DNA of 64,000 bases, taken from the NCBI RefSeq assembly GCF_011745625.1, contig NW_027191468.1, forward strand, positions 62,001 to 126,000. The letters run 5' to 3'. The notes beneath the pieces are model-generated. The model ran no database searches, was not told the DNA's origin, and saw nothing but the letters and a program-made list of their open reading frames with translations. The stretch comes from Cladosporium halotolerans (Eukaryota). Shown piece after piece: positions 1 through 12,367 of the stretch; position 1 is the stretch's first letter; every line of letters starts with the position of its first letter. Both the position numbers and the translations under genes were made by a program.

Positions 1-2204
1 GATCCTTGAGGCGACCAGCTGACGAACGAGGCCGCGCCTCCTCCCTCGCCTAACAAACGAACAAACCAACAACCACAAGCCCCCTACATCCAACCCATGC
101 GCCCATCAAACTCGGCTCGCAATCGCTCACCCTATCCACCGCAGCGCAGCGCCGGAGTGGCAAATAAGCCCATCTTCCACACGAGCGCACGAGCGTCCCA
201 ACGCCGGCACGTGACGCGATCTATGGGTGAGGGTAAGTGGTGAGTGGTGAGTGGTGAGAGAGGTAGTGGTATCCGCTCAAGTCGTCGCAAGCCGATAGTG
301 GAGCACAACAACTTGACGAAGGTCAGGTTCGGGCAGCCGAACGAACGGACGGACTCCTTTAGCGTTTGTCAAAAGCAAAAGCGCGGCAAGCTGCAGGCCA
401 GCCAAAAAAGCCAAAGCCAGCAAGCAGCGCCCGAACGATCTCCAGCTTCGACCGCGAGCGCAATTCCAGGGCAGGGGAGCGGACAAGCGCGCTAGCGTCC
501 CCGCCGAGTGTTTCAGGTTGAGGGGAGCAAGCGCCAGCCGCCGCCTTGGGAACTGGCAAACAGAAAAGCACGGGCGCTGAGAGAAAAAGGGCGGTGGGGC
601 GGCGCCGTTTCCCACTGGCCGGCTTTGCGAGTGGCCGCACTTCGGCGGGCGTCACAATTGGAGGGGCGCTAGTGTAAGCCGCCACAGGGACCTGGGACTT
701 TGGAGCCTGTGTGGACAGAGCTTTTGGTAAAATTCACGTGGACGACGGACGGGAGATGCGCTCGCTGAGAGGGAGCGGGATTGGGTTTGGGGGAACCGGT
801 ATTGTGTCCCGTCGCGCTGTGGACAGTAGTGGAGTGGACGTTGGTTGCGTATACGCTTGCTGCGGCTAAGGGTGAATTGCGGTTCGGACACAAGGGAGAC
901 CGCCATCTGTTCGATCCGGGAGGTGGAAGGTCCAGCAGGTTGAGATTGTTTGGTTGCTAGTGTGATTGTGCTTTGACTCTCCGGGTGTTCATTAAGGTGA
1001 GGCTTGAGCTGGGTAGCAGTGTGGCGCTGGGGTCGTGGAGTGGGATTTGCCTCAGCCGCCGCCACCGGGCTGGTGCGCGAGGGGTTGAGCGCAAGTGATC
1101 CTTGAAACACCAGGCGGTACGGTAGATGGTTGCTTACATACGGGCAGCAGGATTTTGTTGCCGGCCTCTTCACGTGGCTGCGCTGTTTCACCGCGATGGA
1201 AAGAGTAACTGATCGGTGATCTACGCAGAAGATCTTCGCCCCCGTCTCCAGAGGCCGGCGAGCGTCGATCTGGAGATTAGGATGGATAAACTTCGAGACA
1301 AGTCCCCTACCTTCAAACAACACGCTGGCGGGCGAACCTCGAGTCCCACGCATGACCCAGACGTTGCGCGTTGAGCCCGGGCAGATGGCGGTGACGGCGG
1401 GTGGTGTGCCAGCGAGCTAGGCGCGGCGGATGGCATGGCGAAATGCTACGTTGAACGTGCGCCGTCGGAAGGGCTTTTCGCCGCACCAAAGGCCGAGGTC
1501 GACGGCGACAGCGGAGAGCGGTTCTGGTTAGGAGGCGTGGGCGCGCGGTGGAGAGGGGCGAAGCTTCGTGTCGGGCCCGCGAATCACAGCGGCTCTGCAG
1601 GGCCGGGGGTGCGTAGCGCAGTGGGAATCCTACGGCTCCTGCTAGATCGAACCGGCCGAGCGCGCAGCGCGCAGCGGTGGAGGATGGCGGAAAGGCGCCG
1701 AGGTGCAGCAGGCGGAGTTGGAGTCGGAGGTGGGAGGAGGGAGGGTCAGCACGGATGCGGAAGGTGCAGCAGCCGATCGGGGCCGACGTCGACGGACGAA
1801 GCTCAGAGTCTCGCGCTTAATTCAAGCATACCGGGAGGAGTCGCTAGTCGCCAGCGCCAGCACTCCCACTCGTCCCAGCGCGGTGGCGTTCTGTCTCAAG
1901 GCGCCGCTTGGCACGTCCGGCACCACGGCAAGTGTGCTCCCAGGTGGCGTGCGCCTCCCAGCGCCATCCGCCTGCTGGACGGTCGGTCTCCCGGAGCCTT
2001 CGCACACAGGGTCCGGCGAGGGCGTCGCGGGCGTCGCGGGCGTGGGCTAGGGGAGGCTTGCGCTGCAGGCAGAGGATGCGCGAGGCTCACAACTCGGGCG
2101 CGCAGCAGGGTGGATGGGACGGGTTGCCGTCACCGGCGCCGGCGCCGGGTCCCAGCGCGCGCCGCAGCGCAGATGACATGCGATAAGAGGGCACACTCCG
2201 GCAA

Positions 2205-2223
2205 CAGCAGCAGCAGCAGCAGC
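2205..2223. repeat. (CAG)n microsatellite
   Basis: About six CAG units read directly. Confidence 0.7.
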
Positions 2224-2792
2224 GTGCGCGCTCGCGGTGAGCGCTGTGCGGAAATGTTTGACGATTGGCGGGCGGGTATGTCGCGGGCACAAGAGCGTTC
2301 GTCGGGGGCAGACGCGCTATGCCGCCTCGGGCAAGGCGGATGGCAGGCTGGCGGCAGCATGCTTGTCTCTAGCGCGCGCCATGACGGTGTGGGGGAGCAG
2401 CGAGGGAGGCCGACGGCCTCACGAGCCCACGACAAGCGCAAGCCAAATCGCAGAGCATCAGAGCTGGCGCGCTGTCACGGCGGCGGCGGGCGCACCAGGC
2501 TGCGCCCGGCCGTTGGGACTTGGGACGGGCGGCGCGCACAGGCGTGGTGCTGTGTGGTCTTGTGCTCAGATTGCAGCGTGGAGGCGGGCGACGGGCGTGC
2601 GAGGGGCGTGCGTGCGTGCGCGTCGCCCGAGCAGGTGGCAGAGCAGCGCCTGTTGTCGTCGCGGGCGTGACACAGGAAATGAGCTCGAGAGACATGGCAT
2701 GCACGGGGGCGTCATCGCCATGGGTGGGCAGCAGCGGACTATGGGCAGCAGCAGTGTGATGCGCTAGCAGCCCCTGCGCGGCGAGGCCGCAC

Positions 2793-2812
2793 GCACACAC
2801 ACACACGCACAC
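2793..2812. repeat. (CA)n microsatellite
   Basis: Imperfect CACACACACACACGCACAC run. Confidence 0.7.
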
Positions 2813-4282
2813 AGTGGTATTGAGAATACCACTGGCGTCTACATACCGGCATGTGGTGGTAGGCCGTCAGGCAGGCAGGCATGCGGGTGGATGTAGGCAC
2901 GAAGCCACAGTCGTGATGGCTGGCGGATGATGGCATAGCGGAGGGCAGAGGGTCCGGCGCGCGGCTGTCGTTGGCCGGCTGTCTGCCGACGGCGTGCTGC
3001 CCGACCGAGTACACGGCATATCACGCCCACCCACGCCGGCGCCGCGAGCGAGTAGCGAGTAGCGAGCGGGCGCGTGAGACGCTCCCAGCAGACGGGCGCC
3101 GAACGGGCGGGCGTGCGGGGGGAGAGTTGAGAGGCAGTGGAGGCCAGGAGTGCGCGCTAGACAGAGGCGCGAGCGGCCTGTGGTGGTCGCGGTGGCAGAG
3201 TGGATACCGTGTTCCCATAGCGTTCGTCTGCTGGACTGCCACTCGCCCGCCGTGCCAGCACCGGCACTGCTGCTCGTGAGTCTCCGCCGGTAGGCTACTG
3301 AGGCGTGAGGCTGCTAGTCGCTGGGCCTACAACTCTCGCGCGCTAGCGGCGGGCAGGCAGGCGGGCAGACAGACAGGCCCGCGCGCACTGTTTCGCTGTG
3401 TGTTGGTGTTAGTCTGGCGACCTTAGTCTTGCTAGCTGCTAGTCTGTGTGCATGCGTGCTAAGGCACCTAAGGTAGCTTTCCCCCCTAGCTGGTGTCAAT
3501 GCTGCCCTGCGTCTGCTGCGGCGATGGCTTGATGGCGCCGTGGGCCCCTGCGCGCTGCCCGCCCGCCTACGTCAGTCCTCCCTCCTCCACTTTCATCATC
3601 TGCACCACCCAGCGCTGCCTGTGCCCGTCGTGACGCCCGCTCGCCGGGTCCATATCTACGAGCCTCCGCGCACTCTGTCTCTGCGATCTGCGCCCGATCC
3701 ACCGCAACTCTTGCCTCTCCCAGCCTCACGAGCCCGCGCGCCGTCGCTGAAACGCTGCCCGCCCGCCCGCCGATCGCCCGCAGCCTCATATCATTACCCA
3801 ACCCAGCGCGCTTCGGCTCCCTCCCTCTCTCGCCCCGACTGCACCGCGCCGCCTATCTCGCCCCCGACTCGGCCGCCCGCCAGCGACCCAGCGACCCAGC
3901 GTCCTCTGCCCTCCGCACGCCCTGAAACGAGCTGCCGGTGTGCGCGTCCTTCTCCAGCTGCCCTCCGCTAGTCGCATAGGGGTCCACTTTCCGCCCATTG
4001 ACAGCCCGCCCGCCTACCCCCCAAGGAGCCACCTCAGCTTGCGCCTACGCGTGCTGCCCGTTGAACCCTCCTCACACTCGCCCGCACCTCCCCAGCCTCG
4101 AGGCAGCCAGCACTTAAGCACGCTGATCCCGCCCATCCCCAAGATCGATCGTCTCTCCACGTTTTTCGAAACCTCACTCGGTGTTGATCACTCGACGAGA
4201 CTCCTTCGCGTTGCACAACGCCCTCTCTTTGGACCACCACCACCTCTACCTCTGACTCCCTCGCCACTCGACTGTCACCGCA

Positions 4283-5475
4283 ATGGCAATGGCCGTTGAT
4301 TCCCGCCAGCAACCTCAGTTCGCCGCACCCATGGGTTACGACACCATGAGGTACGCGCCGCCGCAGTTCACGAACCCCTGGGTGTCCGGTCCCACCGCGC
4401 AGAGCCATCCGTACGCGACCTCGCTGCCGCCTGCGCCTGCTGGTGAATACAAGGCTCCGGCACCCAGTGTTTCTGCTGCCTACCCCAGCGGCCAAGTCTC
4501 TGCTCCCACTCTGCCCACAGGTATTATCCCAATGGATCCAGCACTACTTGATCAGTCGGGCTTACAACTCGCGCAAGATGGTATGGGTGCTCCCAGGCCT
4601 TATGGTGCTTCTTACACGACCACCGCCGCTCCCAACGGCGCCATGTACGCTCCCGTCTCGCAGCCTCAGCCTCAGTACTCCGCCGAGGTTCTGCAGAGGG
4701 GAAGCCCGTACAACAACTACGATCGCCGCTCATCGCATCCGTCAGTAGCCTCCACCATGTTCGTCGGCGACCCAGTCGAGGTTCAAAGGCAACGCCAGAG
4801 CTCTCTTATTGACTTCAACGACAGGCTTCACTCTGCTTCTGAAGCGGAGCGTCAAAGCTTTAGCGATGCGCTTGATGCCAGCCGTGGCATGGTTGCCATG
4901 GCCCAGAGCGACATCACACCGCGCAACATCTACGGCCAGCAGAACAACAACAGGGCATCTTCGGATTCCTACGGCTTCCCTTCTGCACACTCCGCGCACT
5001 CATCGATCTCCTCTGCAAGCACATATGGCAACTACTACAACAGCTCTGTCAGCGAGGCTTCAGTTGGCGACTACAGCTCCGCGAGCGAGTCTGTCGATAT
5101 GCCCAACTCCCGCACCCTCCCTCGTCCCTCAGGCCTCATCGGTGGCAACCTGCCTCCTGCGCCTCAGTCGATGATGGGCCAGTTCAGCTCGAAGGTCTCG
5201 TCCAGCAGTCAGAAGAAGCACAAGTGCAAGATCTGCGACAAGCGTTTCACCCGCCCCAGTTCGCTCCAGACGCACATGTACAGCCACACCGGAGAGAAGC
5301 GTACGTTATCGTTGGCCTATTTTGTATGCACCAGTCACTAACACCATTTCTAGCATTCGCCTGCGATGTCGATGGCTGTGGCCGTCACTTCTCCGTCGTC
5401 TCCAACCTTCGCCGTCACCGCAAGGTGCACAAGGGCGAGGGCCGCGACCACCCGTCCCCGGTTGACGACGAGTAA
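4283..5475 (+). CDS. flbC: C2H2 zinc-finger transcription factor, FlbC-like (2 exons; intron 5301-5353)
   Basis: Low-complexity P/S/Q N-terminus followed by two C2H2 fingers, [51 protein letters not shown]. The TGEKP linker is restored by splicing GTACGT...CTAAC...TAG. Confidence 0.88.
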
Positions 5476-8082
5476 ACGTCTACTATCTCCGCATAACGAG
5501 CATCCGTCCAAATCTCCCTAATACCAACTGGATGATTCCGCGAAAAATGCATTCAGCCAATCTAGAGCTGCGAACGCATCCGCGCTAGGACCGGAAAACG
5601 ACACCGCATTCCCGAAAATCCGACACTCGACGGACTCGAGAATTTTACCAACACCACTACTATTTTTAACTGGGACTCCCTGAGGGATCTTATTTCACGT
5701 CGGTCGCTACTTCCTATTTGATACCCCACAACCTTTGCGTTGTTGCTGTTTTGTTGTTTGTCGAAATCGAATGCTTTCTTGCGAGCAAGGGAATGGAATA
5801 TTGGGAAGGAATTACTTGTTAATTAGCTTGGTCGTCACATTCTGAAGACGATCAGCGCGGCGTTATGAAAGGAACGGAGTGGAAAGAGGGAGAGAATGAG
5901 AGAGGTTCTCTGGGTTCTTTTTTTTTCGGAAACAGGTCGACTCGGTGACCTAGGCTGTACGATTACGATCAATTGCTTGTTTTTCCACCACCGAGGTTTG
6001 GCTCTTGCGCTGAAAAGAGAAAAGAGTTCAACTGCGTCCTTGTTCTGTCTTTCGCTACACGATATTTTTTGTTCTTCTGATACATGGGACGGACTGGGAT
6101 GGGCTTCGCTACCATGTACCATAACAAGACAGTTGGACGGGGGAAAAAGACTTGTTTGCTTGCTGCTTTTACCTATCTTGCCTACTACCTAGTTCTCGCT
6201 TACACACCTCGCCTAATCAACTATCCACCAATCTGCCTGCCCATCTACAAAATCAATCATCAACTCGCTCCAAGTCATCTCACCGCCTTTCCGCAGCCGC
6301 GCAACAGTCCGATCAGATCAACACCGTCGTCGTAATCAACCCCCAATTAATCAACCCAACCACGCCACCCCTATCCAAACGCCTCCGCATCCATTCCTCT
6401 CGCCTAATGACAGTCGTCCGTCTCAAAACCCAGCCCAGCCCTCGAAGCCACCTACCTCCACAATCCAAAGCTTTGCCCGCCGCCGCCGCCGGGAATCCTC
6501 AGCTGAGCCGCGTGCCTCAGGCCTGCGCGCAGGAACGAGCAAGCCACCTGCCTCATCGACTTCGCTTGTGCGCGACCCTGGACCCTGCAGGTGCGCTTTG
6601 CGTTTCTGTGTCCTGTCCGATAGGTAAGGTAAGGTAGGTATAGTGACGGGCAGAGTTTTTTTTGCTTTGGGCTGGGAGGGTAGGGTAGGGTACGTAGGGG
6701 TCGTGTCATCACAATGCGATCCTCGTGTGTATTATCTGAGTTTTTGGGGGCTCGGCCAATCGGGTGGGTTGGGCTGCGGTTGGGAAGAGTTTGGGAGGCG
6801 AGAGGTTATTTTGTCTACCTATCTATCATACCTAGGTGCACATGGACGGGACTTTGGGGGATTGGGCAGAGATGCTGATATAGGTAGGGTTACGGGGGGT
6901 TTGCGAGGACTTCAGGTTGGGCGCAGACGCCTGGGTTGGTTGAGTGTGTTCGGTCATGTAGTCGCAGTCTTACGATCAGGAACGGATCATCGTCATGGTA
7001 TGCCACTGCTATACACACACAGACATACAGCAGCACGCGCCTCGCTTGCGGCACATTCCTCACACATACCCAGCAATCGCAAACCCTCTACCCAGCCCTG
7101 ATCCCATCCTTCACCAACACTCAACACGTGACGACCACGGCGCAAAAGTCCCATCGTCACGCGCGCACGCGCACCCGTCATCCACCGCATCGCATCGCAT
7201 CAACGGGACCCCCATGCCATGACATCGCAACCTCCACCCACCACCCAATCTCAATCCCAGCATACATCATATCTAGCGCCTAAACTCATCATCGACGCCA
7301 AGCCCATGACGCAATCAACCGTGGAGAAACGTGCAAGGCCCTCAGGTCGCCAAGGAAAAAAGCACGCGAAGCTCTCGCTCCCGGCCCCGCACTCGGATCA
7401 CGCGTGTGTAAGGTCCCTTACTAAGTCATCAAGGGCAGTTCGTGTAGGCGAAACGAAAGGGGGGCGGCCTAAGGGTGTTTGATGCGCGGCCGGGATTATT
7501 GTCGGAGCGAAAGGCGAGTCAGTGGTGTTTGTTGGTGGGGACGGGACGGGGAGTACGTAACCATCTGCGGTATGGACCTTACTCGTCTTCCTGAATGCCT
7601 ATTCTTTGATGACCGGCTTGGGAGGGTCGGTCATGCGGATATTGATTGCTGGTGTGGGACGTGGTGAGTGTGGTGGTGCGAATAGGGGGTTTGGACGTGG
7701 CTCCACTCTAAGGGCTGACGGGGAGGTGCTTCGTGAGAGATTTCGCGATCATGTTGACGCTTTTGCCGCAACGAGACGGTAGGTCGAGGTGTGTTGGTGG
7801 TGTTCCACCATGGATACCGTAAGAATGGCTCCCTGGACGAAAGTGCCAGCGAGTACGCACAATTGAGATTGACCAGGCTGCCGCTCTTACTCGAGCCCAT
7901 TCGTAGCACGAGGTAAGCGTTCAATTGAATGACTGACAACAGCAGATCTCGTAATCAGCTAAAGCACTGTTGCGACGACAAGAATTCAATCTGACTCCCA
8001 AGGCGCCGGCCTACGACGCCCTATTATCACCCGCATTGGCCGTTTCTGAAAGACAACAGTTCCAACCGGCATCCTCTCCGCC

Positions 8083-9675
8083 TCATTCCATCACGTTCCC
8101 AGCAGGCCGCTCAAACGCCCCGGTACTTGCATCCTCTTCCATTCCAGGAGCCATCCCTTTGCAACCCGACCTCACCACCTTACCGCCGCCAACAACCGGA
8201 TGCGGCGTCAACACGCCCTCAATATCCCCAAACCACCCCTCAAACCTCCCATACCACTCAACGGTCACCCTCAACGCCTCATCAAACCCCGTGCGCTGCC
8301 TCCAGCCCAGCGCGCGCAACTTGCTCCCGTCGACGGCGTACCTCCTATCGTTGAACTTGCGGTCGCTCGTGTGGCGGATCCAGGCGTCGCGGTCGCCGGC
8401 CGGCAGCCCGAACAGCGCCAGCAGCTTCTCCGCCAGCTGCAGGTTCGAGACCTCGTCGTGCGAGTCGACGTTGTACGTCTGCCCGATCGTGCCGCGGTGC
8501 AGGATCGTGTCGAAGGCCTCTGCCGCGTCGCCCGCGTACAGGTAGCGTCGCGTGTGCCGGCCGTCGCCGTGCAGGAGGAGGGGCTTGGAGCGCCGGAGGA
8601 GAGAGATGAATTTGGGGATTACTTCTATGGAGGGGTTAGGCTCGTTTTGAGGGCTGGGGGGAGATGGTGGTGTTGCGTGGCTTACTCTCTGGGTACTTGG
8701 AGGATGGGTTAGATGGGCTCATTTTTCGCCTGGGATTGCTCGAATGGGAGCTGGACTCACCTGATGCGGACCCATGACATTGTTCAGCCTGATTACGACT
8801 GCCGGGAGCCCGTGGCTTTTGACGTACCCCTTCACGATCATCTCTGCGGCTGCTTTGCTGGCTGAATATGGATTCGACGGGTCCAGAGTGCTGGACTCGG
8901 CCATGTCCGCCGCAAGCGCTTCGCCATATACCTGGGCTGTTGTTCAGCATGTGTTCTACACATTAGGCGGACGTTCACTGCAGGTAGGGCGACCTCATCT
9001 GTGGAGATGTGGTAGAATCGCTGGATACCACCATACTCCTTGATACTCTCGAGCAAGACGTGCGTGCCAAGCACATTGTTTTTGGTGAAGGTATACGAGT
9101 TACCAAAACTCAGATCCACATGCGTGTGGGCCGCGAGGTGGAAGATGGTATCGATGCTGTGGATTCGGAGGCACTTCAGCACGTCACCTGGTCGCGTCAC
9201 ATCGCCGTGGAAGAAGCTGAAATTTGGCTTCGACTCCAGCATGCGCGCATTGTTCAGCGAGCTGCAGTAATCCAGCTTGTCGAAGGATACGACGTTGTAA
9301 TGGTCGGGATACTTTATTGTAAGGTGGCGCACCAGCCACGAGCCACTGTGTTATTTTTGGCGCAGTCAGCAGCCACCATCTCGCGTTTGGCTTTGTTTCG
9401 ACCCGGGGTTCGCGAGCTTGCTTACATGAAGCCTTCGCCGCCAGTCACTAGGATGTTCTTCACGCCTGTCAGCGGCTGCCACTGCGTCTGCCCGGTCAGG
9501 ATAGGCGCGTCGCGCCAAATGCCGTCGTCCACGAAGAAGCGCGACTCCAGGCTTGATGGGCCTGTCAGCGCAGTAACCGCCGCCCGTCAGCACGTTGTTT
9601 GCTCGCCATCGCACTGCATATGCTTGAACGGCCGGCCTTACCGCTTGTACCCCAGGCTGAATCGTCGACGGCCAT
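8083..9675 (-). CDS. UDP/dTDP-glucose 4,6-dehydratase (RmlB/RHM N-terminal type), multi-exon, including a 10-nt exon at 8686-8695
   Basis: The spliced product reads MAVDDSAWGTS..NILVTGGEGFIGSW..DKLDYCSS..FHLAAHTHVDLSF..HISTDEVYG..NPYSASK..NNVMGPHQYPEKVIPKF..LHGDG..RRYLY..FNDRRY. All of these are hallmark motifs of NDP-glucose 4,6-dehydratases. Confidence 0.92.
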
Positions 9676-9895
9676 CGTTGTAGCTTTTGTACGAGCGTAA
9701 GCAGGCACCGCCGCCATACGAAGTGACTCCGGCTTGCGCCGTGTCTTGTTTTTGAGGCCGCCATCTGCCCGCAAGGGATGAGTCCTGGCGCGTTCCACAA
9801 AACTCTGAACACAGCAGTCCTTATTTCATCCATTCCTCCCACATCTTAGCGCGTCGCGTTGCTTTGGTTCTGTGCGTTGGTATACTGACATCGAC

Positions 9896-11091
9896 ATGAG
9901 CGCGATCAAAGAGAACAGCCCGGTTGAGCATCAGGAGGAGTACGACGAGGAGAAAGCGTTCCTTTCACACGAGCAACCAGAGCATGAAGCCTATCCGCAA
10001 AAATCATCGCCTCCCAGCTTGAGTCGCAGATTCTGGTTTGCCGCTGTTCTCAACTGTGTGAGCACGGCTGGTATTGTAGGTTTTCCTTAGATAACGCGCA
10101 GAGCCGGCATACTAACACTTCACAGGTCTTCGTCAACAAGCGAATCTTCGAGCACGAACGTCTTCGACATGATCAAGTCACGATTGCTGCCTTTCACTTC
10201 GCCGTCACCGGTCTGACCCTCTATGCGGTTTCGAGGCCACAGATCAACGTTTTCCAAGCAAAGCGAGTACCAATCGCCAGAATCCTCCCTCTGGCGATCG
10301 CTATGATTTGCAACGTGGTGCTCCTCAACCTCTCACTGGCCTATTCGAGCATTCAGTTCTACCAGATCGTTCGCGTGCTCATCACGCCAGCGGTGGCGCT
10401 CATGAACTACATCATCACCAGAGCAACAATCCCCGTCCGCGCAGCACTCACTTTGATACCCGTCTGTGCCGGCGTGGCGGTGGTGAGCTACTTCGACACT
10501 GCGCCAAAGTCTGGCACCGCCGAGAAGGCGACTGCACCAATAGGCGTCATCTTCGCATTCTCCGCCATTTTCGCCAGCGCAATCTACACTGTTTGGATTG
10601 ACAAATACCACCGTGTGCTGGAATGCTCGAGCATGCAGCTCTTGCTCAATCAGGCGCCCGTGAGCGTGCTTATCATGCTTTTCATCATTCCATTCTCAGA
10701 CGATATCACCGTCTGGGTGGCCATTGATTCATTTACCTGGATGCTTGTTCTACTGGTAAGACAAAGAGCTTCCGCATCAAAGGAAACCTGCTGACGTTGC
10801 AACCCCAGAGCGGAGTGCTCGCGTGCCTCATCAACTTGTCACAATTCCTCATCATCAAAGAAGCCGGCCCTGTCAGCAGCACCGTAGTAGGCCACTCCAA
10901 GACCTGCCTCATCGTCGCCGCGGGCTGGATTCACAGCGGCAAGTCGCTGAGCGACGGCAGCTTGGCCGGCATCTTGCTAGCCCTTGGAGGCATCATCGCG
11001 TGAGTTGACAATCCCTTGCGCAGCCTAACCCATCCCTTACTGACAAAAGCCCAGGTATTCCGTTGCGATGCAGCGCGCGGCGCGCAAGTGA
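9896..11091 (+). CDS. Nucleotide-sugar transporter (TPT/SLC35E-like; 4 exons, introns 10076-10125, 10756-10808, 11000-11054)
   Basis: Multi-pass hydrophobic protein with GIVFVNK, FHFAVT, NLSLAYSSIQFYQIVR, QLLLNQAP, NLSQFLII and VVGHSKT motifs typical of TPT-family nucleotide-sugar transporters. Confidence 0.85.
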
Positions 11092-11302
11092 CGCGAAACG
11101 CGAAATATGAACGTTTGGCATTCTTTCGAGCAGATCGCTATCCCTGGTGTAACGCGCGATATCCCTTGCATTCCTCGGCGTCTTTTCTATAGCCAGCATA
11201 TTAATCAGAGAAATCTTTCTCCCTCGCTTCGCCACGCCACTTCCCGTGACCGTCTTTGGATTGACCGACCCGAAAGCCTACCCACCCCAAATACTATCAG
11301 CA

Positions 11303-12299
11303 ATGGACTCCGAAAACCGTTTTCTCCTCATAGGCAGCCAAGGCTGGATTTGTGGGCAGCTTGAGGCACTGCTCAAGTCGCAGGGCAAGACAATTCACGC
11401 TACTAATTATCGCATGGAAGATTCGGCGCGCATGAACCAGCTCTTCGATGAGTTCAAGCCGACTCGCGTCATCAATTGTGCTGGTAAGACTGGGCGACCG
11501 AACGTTGATTGGTGTGAAGACCACAAAGTCGAGACGGTGCGTAGCAACGTTATCGGCACGTTGATGCTAGCGGAGCTGTGCCACGAGAGGGGAGTGCATT
11601 TCACGAACCTTGCGACGGGTTGTAAGTGAAAAGCTCATGTAGAAAACGCACGCGATTCAGGACTCATTTCCAACCCTCCCTACAGGCATCTACAGCTCGA
11701 CCTACAACGCCGACCGCACGCAGCTCCTCAGCGCGCCCTTCACCGAAGCCGACCCGGCCAACTTCGGCGGCAGCTTCTACTCTTTCACGAAGTCCCGCGC
11801 CGAAGACCTCCTGCGCGCCACGTACCCGCGCTCGCTAACCCTGCGCATCCGCATGCCCATCTCCGACGACCTGCACCCGCGCTCCTTCGTGACGAAGATC
11901 ACGCGCTACGCGCGCGTCGTCAACATCCCCAACTCGAACTCCATCCTGCACGACTTGCTGCCGATGGTCGTCGCCATGGCTGAGCACGAGGAGACGGGCG
12001 TGTGCAATTTCACTAACCCGGGCGCCATCTCGCATAATGAGGTGCTGGCGCTCTACAAGGAGATAGTCGACCCGCAGTTCGAGTGGAAGAATTTTTCGCT
12101 CGAGGAGCAGGCGAAGGTGATTGTCGCGGAGAGGAGTAATTGCGAGCTAGATGCGACGAGGCTGATGCAGCTGGTCGAGCAGTATCAGTGCGAAGGCGTG
12201 GATGTGGATGTGGCGGAGATCAGGGAGGCTTATCGCGGGTGCTTTGAGCGGATGAAGAAGAATTTGCAAATGGAGGGTGGCGCGCCGGTGGAGACATGA
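11303..12299 (+). CDS. NDP-4-keto-6-deoxyglucose 3,5-epimerase/4-reductase (NRS/ER, UER1-type); intron 11622-11685
   Basis: NCAGKTGRPNVDWCEDHK, NVIGT, ATGCIY (across the splice junction), FYSFTK (YxxxK), LRIRMPI, FVTKITRY, NIPNS, NFTNPGAISHNE and RSNCELD motifs. Confidence 0.92.
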
Positions 12300-12367
12300 G
12301 CGTGTTGGGTCGGATGGGATACATGATGACACTAACGGTCGAAACTTCTATATTGGTTAGATGGCTT

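Noticed and set aside
1435..2670. 411-aa ORF and overlapping ORFs upstream of flbC
   Set aside because: Arg/Gly/Ala-rich translation of GC-rich DNA, open in several frames, with no domain or codon bias.
5720..5725. GATACC in several 3' regions (5720, 20756, 55276)
   Set aside because: Three hits of a 6-mer are close to chance expectation over this many 3' regions.
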